From an uncultured Actinomycetes bacterium (lineage in GTDB: Bacteria; Actinomycetota; Thermoleophilia; Solirubrobacterales; Solirubrobacteraceae): a stretch of DNA of 64,000 nucleotides. Made by a program: the position numbers and the translations under genes. Where the stretch lies: positions 21,993-85,992 of the forward strand of contig CAWAZH010000006.1 of the NCBI GenBank assembly GCA_963786575.1. The letters are read 5' to 3'. Shown here one piece after another: positions 52,988-62,715 of this stretch. How positions within the stretch are numbered: position 1 is the first letter of the stretch; each line of letters starts with the position of its first letter. The notes under the pieces are model-generated. The model searched no databases. It was not told the origin of the DNA and saw only the letters and a program-made list of their open reading frames with translations.

Positions 52988-54526
52988 GGCGCCGCGGCGG
53001 CGGGCTCGGCCGCGGCGGCGGGCGCGGCGGGCGCCGGCGCGCGCTCCCGCGACCGCGCGGCGGCCGGTGCGAGCGCCGAGCCGACCGCCAGCAGCGCCCA
53101 GGCCAGCGGGTCCTCGAGGAAGGCGGCGTACAGCAGCGTGTGGACCACGAGCGCGACGAACGCCGCCGCGACCGCGGCACGCGCGACCGACGAGCGCGCC
53201 CCGCGCAGCAGCCCGGTGATCGCCACGACGACGAGCGCGAGGTAGAGCGCCAGCCCGAGGCCGCCCTGCTCGGCGGCAACCGTGATCGGGATCGTGTGCG
53301 AGGCCGCCGACGCCCGCGCGTTGGAGGACTTCTCCTGCTTGCGGTACTCGCCCTTGAACGCGCCCGCGCCCCAGCCGGTCAGCGGGCGCTCGGTGAACAG
53401 CTCGACCCCGCCGCTGACGAGCGTCGAGCGCCCGCTCGTGGCCGAGTCGGTGGACTGGTCCAGGCCGACGGCGCCCGGCGCGGCGAGCACGACGACGGCG
53501 CCCGCGATCGCCAGCGCCGCGACCGCGACCGCCATCTTCGCCGCCCCCCAGCGCAGCGCGCCCAGCAGCGCGAGCCCCGCCAGCAGCGCGGTGAACGACG
53601 ACTGCGACAGCGTCAGCACGAGGCCCGCCCACAGCACCAGCAGCGCCAGCGCGCAGCCCGCCATGACCAGCGCCGCGCCGCGCCCACAGCAGCAGCGCCA
53701 TCAGCCCGAGCATCACCGTCACGAGGAAGCGCCCGTAGATGTTCGGGTCGAAGAACAGCGAGTTGACGCGGAAGTAGGACTCGAACTGGTTGGAGCTGAT
53801 GACCTTCGGGTTCAGCAGCAGCTCGCGCTTGCCGTACTCGACGAAGCCGATCCCGGCGAACGCCACGGCGAGCACGAGCAGGACGACGAGGCAGCGGGCC
53901 GCCAGCGCCGGCGTCCAGTCGATCCGCACGAGCAGCGCGTAGAGCAGCGCGAACGGGACGTAGAAGAAGATGACCTGCGCCAGCGCAGCGTCGAAGCCGC
54001 TGGAGTACGAGGCCTGCACGGCGTAGAGCACGACGACCGCGGCCAGCAGCCATTCGAGCAGCCCGCGGCGGCGGACGTCCTCCTCGTCGTCGAGTCCGGG
54101 CGGCGCGCGCAGCCGCGGCACGGCGTAGGCGAGCACGCCGGCGGCGATGACGAGGTACAGCGGCACGAGCAGGTTCGCGGTATCGCCGCCGGACTCGATC
54201 GGGACGCGGAACGGCAGCGTCGCCGCCGCGGCGAGCGCCAGCAGCTCGGGACGGCGGTGGACCGCGAACGCGGCGATCGCGAGCACGAGCAGCCCGCCGC
54301 CGCCCGCCGCGAGCAACAGCAGCGGGCGGCTGCGCAGCGGCTCGAGCTGCGGCGTCGACCAGATGTTGGCGACCAGCAGCACCGGCGTGAGCACGAGCGC
54401 GGCGAGCATCGCCAGCGCGCGCGAGCGTGGCGAGCGCACGAGCAGGACGGCGGCGGCGAGCAGCGCGGCCGCGACGACGCCGGCGGTCTGGGCGACGTCC
54501 CCGAGCGTGGTGACGGCGGCGATCAC
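52984..54526 (-). pseudogene. O-antigen ligase/polymerase-like (Wzy_C domain) membrane protein, frameshifted near 53675
   Basis: The N-terminal part (VIAAVTTLGD... FLVTVMLGLMALLLWARR) and the C-terminal part (ALVMAGCALALLVLWAGLVLTLSQSSFTALLAGL ... TGWGAGAF ... SHTIPITVAAEQGGLG) are in different frames. Length is 3n+1. GTG 54526 overlaps the upstream stop. Confidence 0.75.
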
Positions 54527-56328
54527 CGGCGCCTCAGCAGGGTCCACGTGCTGTCCAGGAAGGCCGCGAGCTCGGGGCTCGAGCGCAGCTTGGCGGAGAA
54601 GTCGGGGATCCCCGGGCGCACGACGAGCCCGTCGCCCAGGCGCGAGGCGACGATCACCTGACGGTCGCCGGGCTGCGTCGCCGCCGCGGCGGCGATCGCG
54701 CGCGGCCCGCCGCGGACGTCGAGCGTCTGCTCGAAGGCGTCGATGCCGCCGAACAGCCCCTCGGTCCCGCCGAAGAGCTCGATCTCGTCGACGACGTTGA
54801 CGAGCGAGACGGGCTCACGCACGACCGGCCGCAGCCGCGCGCCGAAGAGGTCGCGGGCGGTCGGCAGCGTCGGGCGCACCGCGCGCTCGCGGAGCTTCTC
54901 GTAGGTCACGCTGCGGCGCAGCGAGTCGGTCCCGACCGACAGGACGTTGCCGCCGCTGCGCACGAAGGCGCGCAGGTTGCGCGCGACGCCCGCGTCGAGC
55001 CAGCGCGTGTCGCCGGCGAGGATGACCGCGCGATGGCCGGCGAGCCGCGGGCCGACGCCGCGCGCGAGCGCGACGTCGGTCGTGAGGTCGTAGCGCCGGC
55101 GGGTGCGGTCGAGCTGTGCGAGCAGCAGCGCCTCCTGCTGGGCCAGCTGCGCCGGCAGTCCGCCGCCGCTGTAGGGACGCGCCACCCGCACCGCCAGCCC
55201 GGCGCCGAGCGTGTTCGGGCGCCCGTCGCCGTCGTCGTCGACGGGGTTCGTGCCCTGCCAGGTCATCAGCGGCAGGACGACGAGCACGTCGCGCTCGGTC
55301 CGGGCCTGCACGACGAGCGGCGCCGAGACATGCCGCGACCGCGTGCGCGCCTCGAAGACGTAGAGGCCCGACTTGCCGCCCGGCGCCGCGAAGTGCACGA
55401 CGCGCGAGCGCGTGCCGCTGCCGCGCTTGCGGATGTTGCTCTCGCCGACGCGGCGCAGCGTCCAGTTGAAGCTCTCGTCGACGGAGTCGACCGCGACGCT
55501 CGCCTGCTCGCCTGCCGTGACCGGCGCCGTCGCCGCCTGCGCGGTGAGGTAGCGGACGGTGATCCCGCCGCGCCCGCGCAGCGGCTGGCGGAACGCGAAC
55601 CGCGGCGGGATCGGCGCCGAGGAGCCGATGTTGCCCGCCTGGTCGCGGGCGCGGACGACGACGAGGTAGGTCCCGGCGGAGACGCGGCGCCCGTCGGCGC
55701 GCCCGTTCCACAGCCACTGGGTCGCGCTGTCCTCGAGCTTCACGGGCTCGTCGAAGACCGGCCGCAGCGGGCGCACGTCGGTGCGGTAGACGAGCACCTC
55801 CTTGCGGTGGCCGGCGGCCTGGAAGGAGACGCGCGCCGGCTCGCCCTGCGGGTTGGGGAACAGCTCGGGCCGCGGCAGCTTGTCGCGCAGCGGGCCGATC
55901 GAGGTCACGAGGACGTCGGGCGGCTTGACGTCCTTGCGCACGTTCTGGGGCAGCAGGACGGCGCGGTTCTGGCGGCGCAGGTTGACCCTGAAGCGGTAGA
56001 TGCCGTCGTCGACCTGCCGCCCGCCGGCGTCGCTGCCGTCCCAGACCAGGCGCATGCGCTGGCGCGCGGGCAGGCGCCGGTTGTTGCGCAGCTCGCGCAC
56101 CTCGTCGCCGGCGCGGTCGATGACCGTGACCGTCACGTCGTCGGTGCGCTTGAGGTCAAACGACGCCCGCGCGCGGTCGAAGCGCCCGTCCTTGTTGGGC
56201 GAGAAGAACGGCGTCACCTGGACGTGCTGGACGAGCGGCGGCGTGCTCTTGAGCTCCTGTGCGACGAAGAACGCGCCGAACGTCGCGCAGACGAGCAGCG
56301 CGAACGCGATCCGCGGCGCGGCGCTCAC
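54523..56328 (-). CDS. exported hypothetical protein with FlgD-Ig-like beta-sandwich repeats and a C-terminal GATase1-like/DUF domain
   Basis: 601 aa with a signal/TM region (IAFALLVCATFGAFFVA). Two segments of the type FSPNKDGRFD...VWDGSDAGGRQVDDGIYRFRV and WNGRADGRRVSAGTYLVVVRARDQAGN resemble FlgD Ig-like domains. Confidence 0.6.
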   Translation of the reverse strand: MSAAPRIAFALLVCATFGAFFVAQELKSTPPLVQHVQVTPFFSPNKDGRFDRARASFDLKRTDDVTVTVIDRAGDEVRELRNNRRLPARQRMRLVWDGSDAGGRQVDDGIYRFRVNLRRQNRAVLLPQNVRKDVKPPDVLVTSIGPLRDKLPRPELFPNPQGEPARVSFQAAGHRKEVLVYRTDVRPLRPVFDEPVKLEDSATQWLWNGRADGRRVSAGTYLVVVRARDQAGNIGSSAPIPPRFAFRQPLRGRGGITVRYLTAQAATAPVTAGEQASVAVDSVDESFNWTLRRVGESNIRKRGSGTRSRVVHFAAPGGKSGLYVFEARTRSRHVSAPLVVQARTERDVLVVLPLMTWQGTNPVDDDGDGRPNTLGAGLAVRVARPYSGGGLPAQLAQQEALLLAQLDRTRRRYDLTTDVALARGVGPRLAGHRAVILAGDTRWLDAGVARNLRAFVRSGGNVLSVGTDSLRRSVTYEKLRERAVRPTLPTARDLFGARLRPVVREPVSLVNVVDEIELFGGTEGLFGGIDAFEQTLDVRGGPRAIAAAAATQPGDRQVIVASRLGDGLVVRPGIPDFSAKLRSSPELAAFLDSTWTLLRRR

Positions 56329-56879
56329 GGCGGGCTCGCGACCGGCGCCGGGACCCGGTACAGCTGGCAGTTGGCGACCGCGCCGCCGGGGGCGTCGATG
56401 CCCTCCACGGCGCGAATCGTGCCGCCGTGGGTCACGACGAGCGCGGGCAGCGGCCCGGCGCCGACGTCGCGCAGCGCCGCCGCGACGCGCGCGCCCTGCT
56501 CCTCCACCGACTCGCCGCCGGGGAAGCGGAAGCCGGGCTCGCGGGCGCGCCAGGCGCTGAACGCGCCGGCGTCGCCGGCCACGATCTCGGCGTACAGCTG
56601 CCCCGACCAGGCGCCCGCGTCGGCCTCCATCAGGCGGCCGTCGAGCACGGGCTCGAGGCCCAGCCGCGCGCCGACGATCTCGGCCGTCTCGCGGGCGCGC
56701 AGCAGCGGGCTGGAGTACAGCGCGCGCAGGCCCTCGCCGGCGAGGGCCTCGGCGAGCGCGCGCGACTGCTCGCGCCCGCGCTCGTTCAGCGGCGTGTCGA
56801 TGCGGCCCTGGAAGCGGTCGGCCGCGTTGTCGTCGGTCTCCCCGTGGCGCACGAGCAGAACCTCATTCGAGCCGGCCAC
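56325..56879 (-). CDS. histidine phosphatase family protein (phosphoglycerate mutase-like)
   Basis: GTG 56879. RHGETDDN catalytic motif (LLVRHGETDDNAADRFQGRIDTPLNERG) and a later HGG (VVTHGGTIRA). Confidence 0.85.
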   Translation of the reverse strand: MAGSNEVLLVRHGETDDNAADRFQGRIDTPLNERGREQSRALAEALAGEGLRALYSSPLLRARETAEIVGARLGLEPVLDGRLMEADAGAWSGQLYAEIVAGDAGAFSAWRAREPGFRFPGGESVEEQGARVAAALRDVGAGPLPALVVTHGGTIRAVEGIDAPGGAVANCQLYRVPAPVASPP

Positions 56880-56896
56880 GTGGACCCCTGGGGGAA

Positions 56897-58117
56897 CTAT
56901 CCGATTTTGTCGGCGCCGACGATGACGACGACGTCCGCGTCGGCGGCGGCGGACGCGTTGGCGTCGACGGGCTGCACGGACGCGCGGTCGATGCCGATCA
57001 CCTGCGCGACGATCTGCGCCGCGCGCTCGTTGCCGTCGCGGTAGGCGACGGTCGTCGACGGCACCGCCTGGTCGGCGTTGTTCTCCGTGCCGCTGATCGT
57101 GAAGCGCGCCTTCTCGACCTCGTCGGCGACGGTGCGGGCCAGCCCGGTCTGGGTCGTGCCGTTGAGGACGGCGACGCGCGTCGCGCGGCGGTCGACGGAC
57201 GTCGGGCTCGCCGCATTCGCGTTCGTCGAGGTCCCGTCGTCCGGCGCGGGCGAGGAGGCCGCCGGCGTCGTGACCTGCCCGAAGCCGTTGGGCTTCGTCG
57301 TCGGGTCGTCCTTCGTCAGCGCGACCATCAGCACGACCGCGACGAGCACTGCGGCGACGGCGCCCCCGACGATCGCGCCGGTGCGGCCGGGCGAGAAGCC
57401 GAAGCCGCCCTCGTCGTCGGCGGAGAAGCTGTCCAGGGGCAGCGGGCCCTCGAGCGGGTCCGGGCGCGCGGCGGCGGACTCGTGCGTCTCCTGGCCGGTC
57501 GTGCCGTTGTCCAGCGGCGAGGCGGTGCGGGTCGCGATGGCGGCGGCGCTCGCCGCGGCGGCCGGGGAGCCGGCGGGCGTCGCGGCGCCCGGGACGCTGC
57601 CGGGCGCCGGCGTGGTGGCGCCGGGAACGCTGCCGGGCGCGGGCGTCATGGTGCCCGGCACGCTGCCGGCAGCCTGCTGCGGGGCGCCCGCGGGCGCCGC
57701 GCCGGCGGTCCCCGGGACGGCGCCGGGCGCGACCGGCCGCGCCAGCTGACCGGCGGGGCCGACGAGCGGCGCGGGCGGCGGCGGAGGCGGCGGGACCTTC
57801 GCGTAGAGCGCCGCGGCCGCGGCGGTGCGGGCGGCCTCGGCCTGCTGGGCGGCCGTCGTCGCCGGCTGCATCGGCTGCGCCACGACGCGCTTCTGGGCGT
57901 CGGTCTGCACGCGCAGCGCCAGCTCGGCGTCGCGCTCGGGCGCGCGGCCGGCCCACTCGCGCAGGCGCTTGACCTCGCGCGCCTGGGCGAAGTAGAGCAG
58001 CGACATCACGGCCAGCCCGAGGATCGCCGCGAGGCCCGCGTAGGCGCCGATCTTGATGATCGTGTCCCCGATCGAGACAGCGAAAAGCGCAGCGCTCACT
58101 GGTGCGCTCCGGGGCAC
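56897..58117 (-). CDS. LytR_C domain-containing membrane protein with Pro/Ala-rich repeat linker
   Basis: N-terminal TM helix, low-complexity region with TPAPGSVPGAx repeats, second TM helix, and a C-terminal LytR_C-like domain (RVAVLNGTTQTGLARTVADEVEKARF...VAYRDGNERAAQIVAQVIG). The start is 58117 or 58099. Confidence 0.75.
   Translation of the reverse strand: MPRSAPVSAALFAVSIGDTIIKIGAYAGLAAILGLAVMSLLYFAQAREVKRLREWAGRAPERDAELALRVQTDAQKRVVAQPMQPATTAAQQAEAARTAAAAALYAKVPPPPPPPAPLVGPAGQLARPVAPGAVPGTAGAAPAGAPQQAAGSVPGTMTPAPGSVPGATTPAPGSVPGAATPAGSPAAAASAAAIATRTASPLDNGTTGQETHESAAARPDPLEGPLPLDSFSADDEGGFGFSPGRTGAIVGGAVAAVLVAVVLMVALTKDDPTTKPNGFGQVTTPAASSPAPDDGTSTNANAASPTSVDRRATRVAVLNGTTQTGLARTVADEVEKARFTISGTENNADQAVPSTTVAYRDGNERAAQIVAQVIGIDRASVQPVDANASAAADADVVVIVGADKIG
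57585..57675. repeat. 33-bp tandem repeat, about 2.7 copies
   Basis: GCGCCCGGGACGCTGCCGGGCGCCGGCGTGGTG / GCGCCGGGAACGCTGCCGGGCGCGGGCGTCATG / partial copy. Encodes the PAPGSVPGATT repeats of the LytR_C protein. Confidence 0.8.
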
Positions 58118-58155
58118 AGGACGGTGTCAGGGACGAAAATCAGGACAAACCCTCG

Positions 58156-60129
58156 CTACGACCGCAGGATCCTAGTGGGCCAGGCGTCCGGAATCGCCGA
58201 GAGGTCCGAGACCTTCGCCGCCAGGCCCGCGGCATCGCCCTCGAGGACGAGCAGCCCGATCTGGTCGAACATGTCGTCGACGGCCTGCGGCGGGCGCGCC
58301 TCGCGCTCGGCCCGCAGAATCTTCTCGGCGGGCGTCGGCTGCGGGCGCTCGTAGGGGTTGAAGAGCTCCTCGTGGAGCTTCTCGCCCGGCCGGCGGCCGA
58401 CGATCTCGATCGCGATGTCGCGCTCGGGGTCCAGGCCCGACAGCTCGATCATCGTGCGCGCGAGGTCGAGGATCCGGACCGGCTCGCCCATCTCCAGGAC
58501 GTAGACGTCGCCGCCCGGCGTCGCCGGCACGGCCGGGCTGTTGGCGGTCGTCTTCGCCAGGCCGCCCGCGCGGATGATCAGCTGGACCGCCTCGGGGATC
58601 GTCATGAAGTAGCGCGTCATGCGCTCGTCGGTCACCGTCAGCGGGCCGCCGAGCGCGATCTGGCGGCGGAAGATCGGCACGACCGAGCCCGACGAGCCCA
58701 GGACGTTGCCGAAGCGCACGGCGCAGTAGGCGGTCGTCGGGAAGCGCGCCTGCTCGGCCTCGATCGCGAACTCCGCGAGCGCCTTGGACGCGCCCATGAC
58801 GGTCGCCGGTGCGACCGCCTTGTCGGTCGACACGAGCACGAACGACTTCACGCCCGTCTGGCCCGCGATCCGCGCCATCAGGCGCGTCGCGATCGCGTTG
58901 TTGCGCACCGCCTCGACGGGGTTCTGCTCCATCAGGCCGACGTGCTTGTAGGCCGCGGCGTGGAAGACGATCGTCGGGCGGTAGGCCTCGAAGACCTCCC
59001 GCATCCGCTCCTCCTCCTTGCAGTCGGCGAGGACCGCGTCGAGGATCGAGGAGTGCACGTGGCGGTCGTGCTCGAGCTCGCGCTGGATCGTGAAGAGGTT
59101 GTCCTCGGCGTGGTCGAGCACGATGATCCGCCGCGGCGCGACGCGCGCGATCTGGCGCGAGAGCTCCTTGCCGATCGAGCCGCCCGCGCCGGTGATCAGC
59201 ACGACCTCGCCGTTGAGGTAGGCGCCGACGCGGTCGAGCTCCATGCGCACGGGCTCGCGGCCGAGGATGTCCTCGACCTGCACGTCGCGCACCTGGCGCA
59301 CGTAGTTGCCGCCGGTCTGCAGCAGCTCGAAGACCGTCGGCAGGGTGCGCACCGGGATCCCGCGCTCGCGGCAGGCGCGCACGACGGTCGCGCGCAGCGT
59401 GCCGGGCGCCGAGGGGATCGCGATCGTGACCTCGTCGGGCTCGGCCTCGTCGAGGATCCGCGCGAGGTCGCTCGTCGCGCCGAGGACCTTCACGCCGTCG
59501 ATCCGCAGCCGCCGCTTCGTCGGGTCGTCGTCGACGAAGCCGACCGGCTTGAGGCCGAGCTCGGGGTTGCGCAGGATCTCGCGCAGCACGAGCCGGCCGC
59601 CGTCGCCGGCGCCGACGATCAGCAGCCCGCGGGCGTCCTTGCCGGCGCGGAAGCCGCGCAGCGGGCGCTCGTAGACCGTCCGCGCGAGGAAGCGCGCGCC
59701 GCCGACGAGGGCCAGCATCAGCAGCAGGTGCAGCGCCAGGACGCCGGACGGCGCGGTGACCGTCGTCTCGAAGCCGTTGACCGAGCGCGTGACCGGCTTG
59801 ACGAGCGCGACGTAGAGCAGCAGCAGCAGCGCGGCGGCGACGACGCCCTGCACGATCGCCGCGTAGTCGCGCTGGGACACGTAGCGCCACCACTTCGCGT
59901 ACAGGCCGAAGGCGGCGAAGATGACGAGCGAGCTGCAGACGACGAACGGCAGCGTGGCCTCGAACAGCTCGCGATAGCGCGGCGGAACCGCCGACGGGCC
60001 GTCGAAGCGCAGCCGGTAGGACAGCCAGTACGCGAGCGCGACCAGAACCCCGTCGACCACGATCTGCAGGAGCGAATGGCGGTGCAGGGGGAAGGCCGCG
60101 GAGCGGATCCGTCGGCGCATCGGTCGCAA
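58156..60129 (-). CDS. membrane-anchored NDP-sugar 4,6-dehydratase (CapD/WbpM/PglF family polysaccharide biosynthesis protein)
   Basis: 657 aa with four N-terminal TM helices. Two Rossmann regions (LLIVGAGDGG; VLITGAGGSIG), AAYKHV catalytic region, STDKAV. Confidence 0.92.
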   Translation of the reverse strand: MRPMRRRIRSAAFPLHRHSLLQIVVDGVLVALAYWLSYRLRFDGPSAVPPRYRELFEATLPFVVCSSLVIFAAFGLYAKWWRYVSQRDYAAIVQGVVAAALLLLLYVALVKPVTRSVNGFETTVTAPSGVLALHLLLMLALVGGARFLARTVYERPLRGFRAGKDARGLLIVGAGDGGRLVLREILRNPELGLKPVGFVDDDPTKRRLRIDGVKVLGATSDLARILDEAEPDEVTIAIPSAPGTLRATVVRACRERGIPVRTLPTVFELLQTGGNYVRQVRDVQVEDILGREPVRMELDRVGAYLNGEVVLITGAGGSIGKELSRQIARVAPRRIIVLDHAEDNLFTIQRELEHDRHVHSSILDAVLADCKEEERMREVFEAYRPTIVFHAAAYKHVGLMEQNPVEAVRNNAIATRLMARIAGQTGVKSFVLVSTDKAVAPATVMGASKALAEFAIEAEQARFPTTAYCAVRFGNVLGSSGSVVPIFRRQIALGGPLTVTDERMTRYFMTIPEAVQLIIRAGGLAKTTANSPAVPATPGGDVYVLEMGEPVRILDLARTMIELSGLDPERDIAIEIVGRRPGEKLHEELFNPYERPQPTPAEKILRAEREARPPQAVDDMFDQIGLLVLEGDAAGLAAKVSDLSAIPDAWPTRILRS

Positions 60130-60166
60130 TTGTAGGGGTGGCGCCGGTGCGAAGGGCCCCTGCGGC

Positions 60167-61172
60167 CTATGCGCGGGCGGCCGCGACCGGGCGCGAGAGC
60201 AGCTCGGCGAGCAGCGCGGGGTCGCGGCGGATGCGCTCCTGCTCGCGTGCCGCGCCGCGCTTCTCCAGCACGATGTCGGCGGCGTCGGTCAGCGAGCGCA
60301 GGCGGCCGTCGGCGATCAGCTGCTCGTCGACGGCGCCGAGGCGGCCCTGGAACGTCGTCCAGACGGGGGTGCCGAGGGCGACCGCCTCGCGGTTCATCGT
60401 GCCGCCGGCGGAGACGACGAGGTCGGCGTAGGCGATCAGCGACTGGGCGTCGATCGCCTGCTCGGGGACGATGAAGCCGCCGTCGCGCAGCTCGGCCCGC
60501 TGCTGGGGCGTGCGCGGCAGCACGACGGTCTGGCTGCCGCGCAGGCGCTGCAGCACGGCGCCGAGGACGTCGTTCTCGAAGCGGTGGTAGAGCGAGACGG
60601 CGGGCGGCGTGCGCACGACGGCGATCGGCTGCGCCGGGTCGAGGCCGAGCTCGGCGAGCACCGCCGGGTCGGGCTCGAAGTCGGCGAGGTAGTACTCCTC
60701 CTTGAGGCCCTCGTAGGCGGCGATCTTGCCGCGCGCGCCGTAGCGCGCCAGGCGCTCGGGCGGGATCGCGGCCGGCACGACGACGGTCTGCGCCAGGCGG
60801 CAGTTGACCGTGTGCTGGACCGTCGCCCACTCGTAGTCGAACATCGTCGAGCAGGGGATCCGCAGCAGCCGCGCGGCGACCGTGACGTCGTTGGAGCCGT
60901 GGCCGAGCGCGAGGTCGAAGTGCCGGCGGCGCGCCCCAGCGGGCGAGCGCCGCCGAGCGCGACAGCAGCCCGACCCCCTTCGCCGCCAGCCGGCCGCCGC
61001 GGTGGCGGCCGACCTCGGTGTGCTCGATCCCGAAGCGCTCGAGCAGCCCGAGCGTCTGGGCGAAGTCGCGGGCGGTGATCTCGACGTCGTGGCCCTGCTC
61101 GCGCAGGGCCGCCACGATCGGGCGCAGGACGAGCACGTGGGGGCTGTTGGTGAGGTCGACCCAGACGCGCAT
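60167..61172 (-). pseudogene. DUF354 domain-containing protein (glycosyltransferase/epimerase-like fold), frameshifted near 60926
   Basis: The N-terminal part MRVWVDLTNSPHVLVLRPIVAALREQGHDVEITARDFAQTLGLLERFGI... and the C-terminal part RHFDLALGHGSNDVTVAARLLRIPCSTMFDYEWATVQH... (track ORF 60167..60844) are in different frames. Length is 3n+1. Confidence 0.75.
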
Positions 61173-61251
61173 CGGGTGCTGAGGCTAGTGCTGTAGGGAA
61201 CCTGAACGCCTGCCGTGACCTGGCGCCTGCGCTCGATAGCCTGTCGCGCTC

Positions 61252-61908
61252 GTGCTCGTCATCGCGTCATTGACCGACCCGATCGTCGAGTTCGCGACGA
61301 ACGTCGTCGCCGATCTGGGCCTGCCCGGCGTGTTCGTGCTCATGTTCTTCGAGAGCGCGTGCATCCCGATCCCCAGCGAGGCCACGATGCTCTTCGCGGG
61401 CTTCAACGTCAGCGAGGGTCACTACAGCCTGATCGCCGTCACCCTGATCGGGTCGCTGGCCAACCTCGCGGGGTCCTGGTTGGCCTACGCCGTCGGCTAC
61501 TACGGCCGCGTCGACATCATCGAGAAGCACGGCCACAGGATCCTCATCAAGCCCCACCACCTGCACGCGGCGGACCGCTGGTTCGAGCGCCACGGGGACG
61601 CGACCGTCTTCTTCACGCGCATGATGCCGATCATCCGCACGTTCATCTCGCTGCCGGCGGGCGTCGCGCGGATGCCGTTCATCCGCTTCTCGGTCCTGAC
61701 CTTCCTCGGCTGCCTGCCGTGGGTCTTCGCGCTGGCCTTCATCGGCCAGCAGGTCGGCGCCAACTGGACGGACTGGAAGGACTCGCTGCACTACGTCGAC
61801 TACGCCGTCGCGGCCATGATCGTCGCCGGCATCGGCTACCTCGTCCTGCGGCGCCGCCGCGGCGGGGGCGGGCCGGTGGAGCCGGCCGCCGATGCCGGCA
61901 CCCGCTGA
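61252..61908 (+). CDS. DedA family membrane protein
   Basis: 218 aa. FFESACIPIPSE and FTRMMPIIRTFISLPAGVARM signatures. Confidence 0.9.
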   Translation: MLVIASLTDPIVEFATNVVADLGLPGVFVLMFFESACIPIPSEATMLFAGFNVSEGHYSLIAVTLIGSLANLAGSWLAYAVGYYGRVDIIEKHGHRILIKPHHLHAADRWFERHGDATVFFTRMMPIIRTFISLPAGVARMPFIRFSVLTFLGCLPWVFALAFIGQQVGANWTDWKDSLHYVDYAVAAMIVAGIGYLVLRRRRGGGGPVEPAADAGTR

Positions 61909-62704
61909 CGGCGAGCTGCGCGCCCGCGACGCGATCGCGCTCGGGCTCCTGCACGGCCCCGCCGAGCTGCTGCCGGTCTCCTCGTCGGGTCACGTCACGG
62001 TCGTCCCCTGGCTGCTCGGCTGGCCCTACAGCGCGCTGGACGGCGAGCTGCGCAAGGCCTTCGAGGTCGCGCTGCACGCCGGCACCGCCGCGGCGCTGCT
62101 CGTCGGCCTGCGCGACGAGGTCGCCGACGCCGCCCGCGGCCTGGACCGCCGGCGCCTGCAGCTCGTCGTCCTGAGCTTCCTGCCGCCGGCGATCGTCGGC
62201 TACCTGCTGGAGCGCCCGATCGAGCGCCACCTCGGCACGCCGGCGACGATCGCCGCGGGGCTGGCGGCCGGGTCGGTCGCGATGGTCGCCGCCGACCTGC
62301 GCGGCAGCGGCCACCGCTCGCGCGAGGACGCCGGGGCGATGGACGCGCTCGCGCTCGGCCTGGCACAGGCCTGCGCGCTCGTGCCGGGCGTCTCGCGCAA
62401 CGGCGCCACGCTGGCCGCGGCGCGGGCGCGCGGCTTCGCGCGGGAGGACTCCAACGTCCTGTCGCGCCACGTCGCGCTGCCGATCATCGTCGGCGCGACC
62501 GTTCTGAAGGGGACGCGGCTGGCGCAGCGCGGCCTGCCGGCGGGCACGGCGCGGGCGTTCGCCGCCGGCATCGTGGCCTCGTTCGCCGCGACGCTCGCCT
62601 CGATCAAGGTCATCCGCCTCATCGAGCGCGACCGCTCGCTGATCCCCTACGCGGCCTACCGGGTCGCGCTGGCGGGGCTGATCGCGCGCCGACTCGTCCG
62701 CTAG
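61892..62704 (+). CDS. uppP: undecaprenyl-diphosphate phosphatase
   Basis: 270 aa. ELLPVSSSGH and PGVSRNGATL (PGxSRSGxT-type) motifs. Overlaps the dedA end by 17 nt. Confidence 0.92.
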   Translation: MPAPADGELRARDAIALGLLHGPAELLPVSSSGHVTVVPWLLGWPYSALDGELRKAFEVALHAGTAAALLVGLRDEVADAARGLDRRRLQLVVLSFLPPAIVGYLLERPIERHLGTPATIAAGLAAGSVAMVAADLRGSGHRSREDAGAMDALALGLAQACALVPGVSRNGATLAAARARGFAREDSNVLSRHVALPIIVGATVLKGTRLAQRGLPAGTARAFAAGIVASFAATLASIKVIRLIERDRSLIPYAAYRVALAGLIARRLVR

Positions 62705-62715
62705 GTTCGGGCGCG

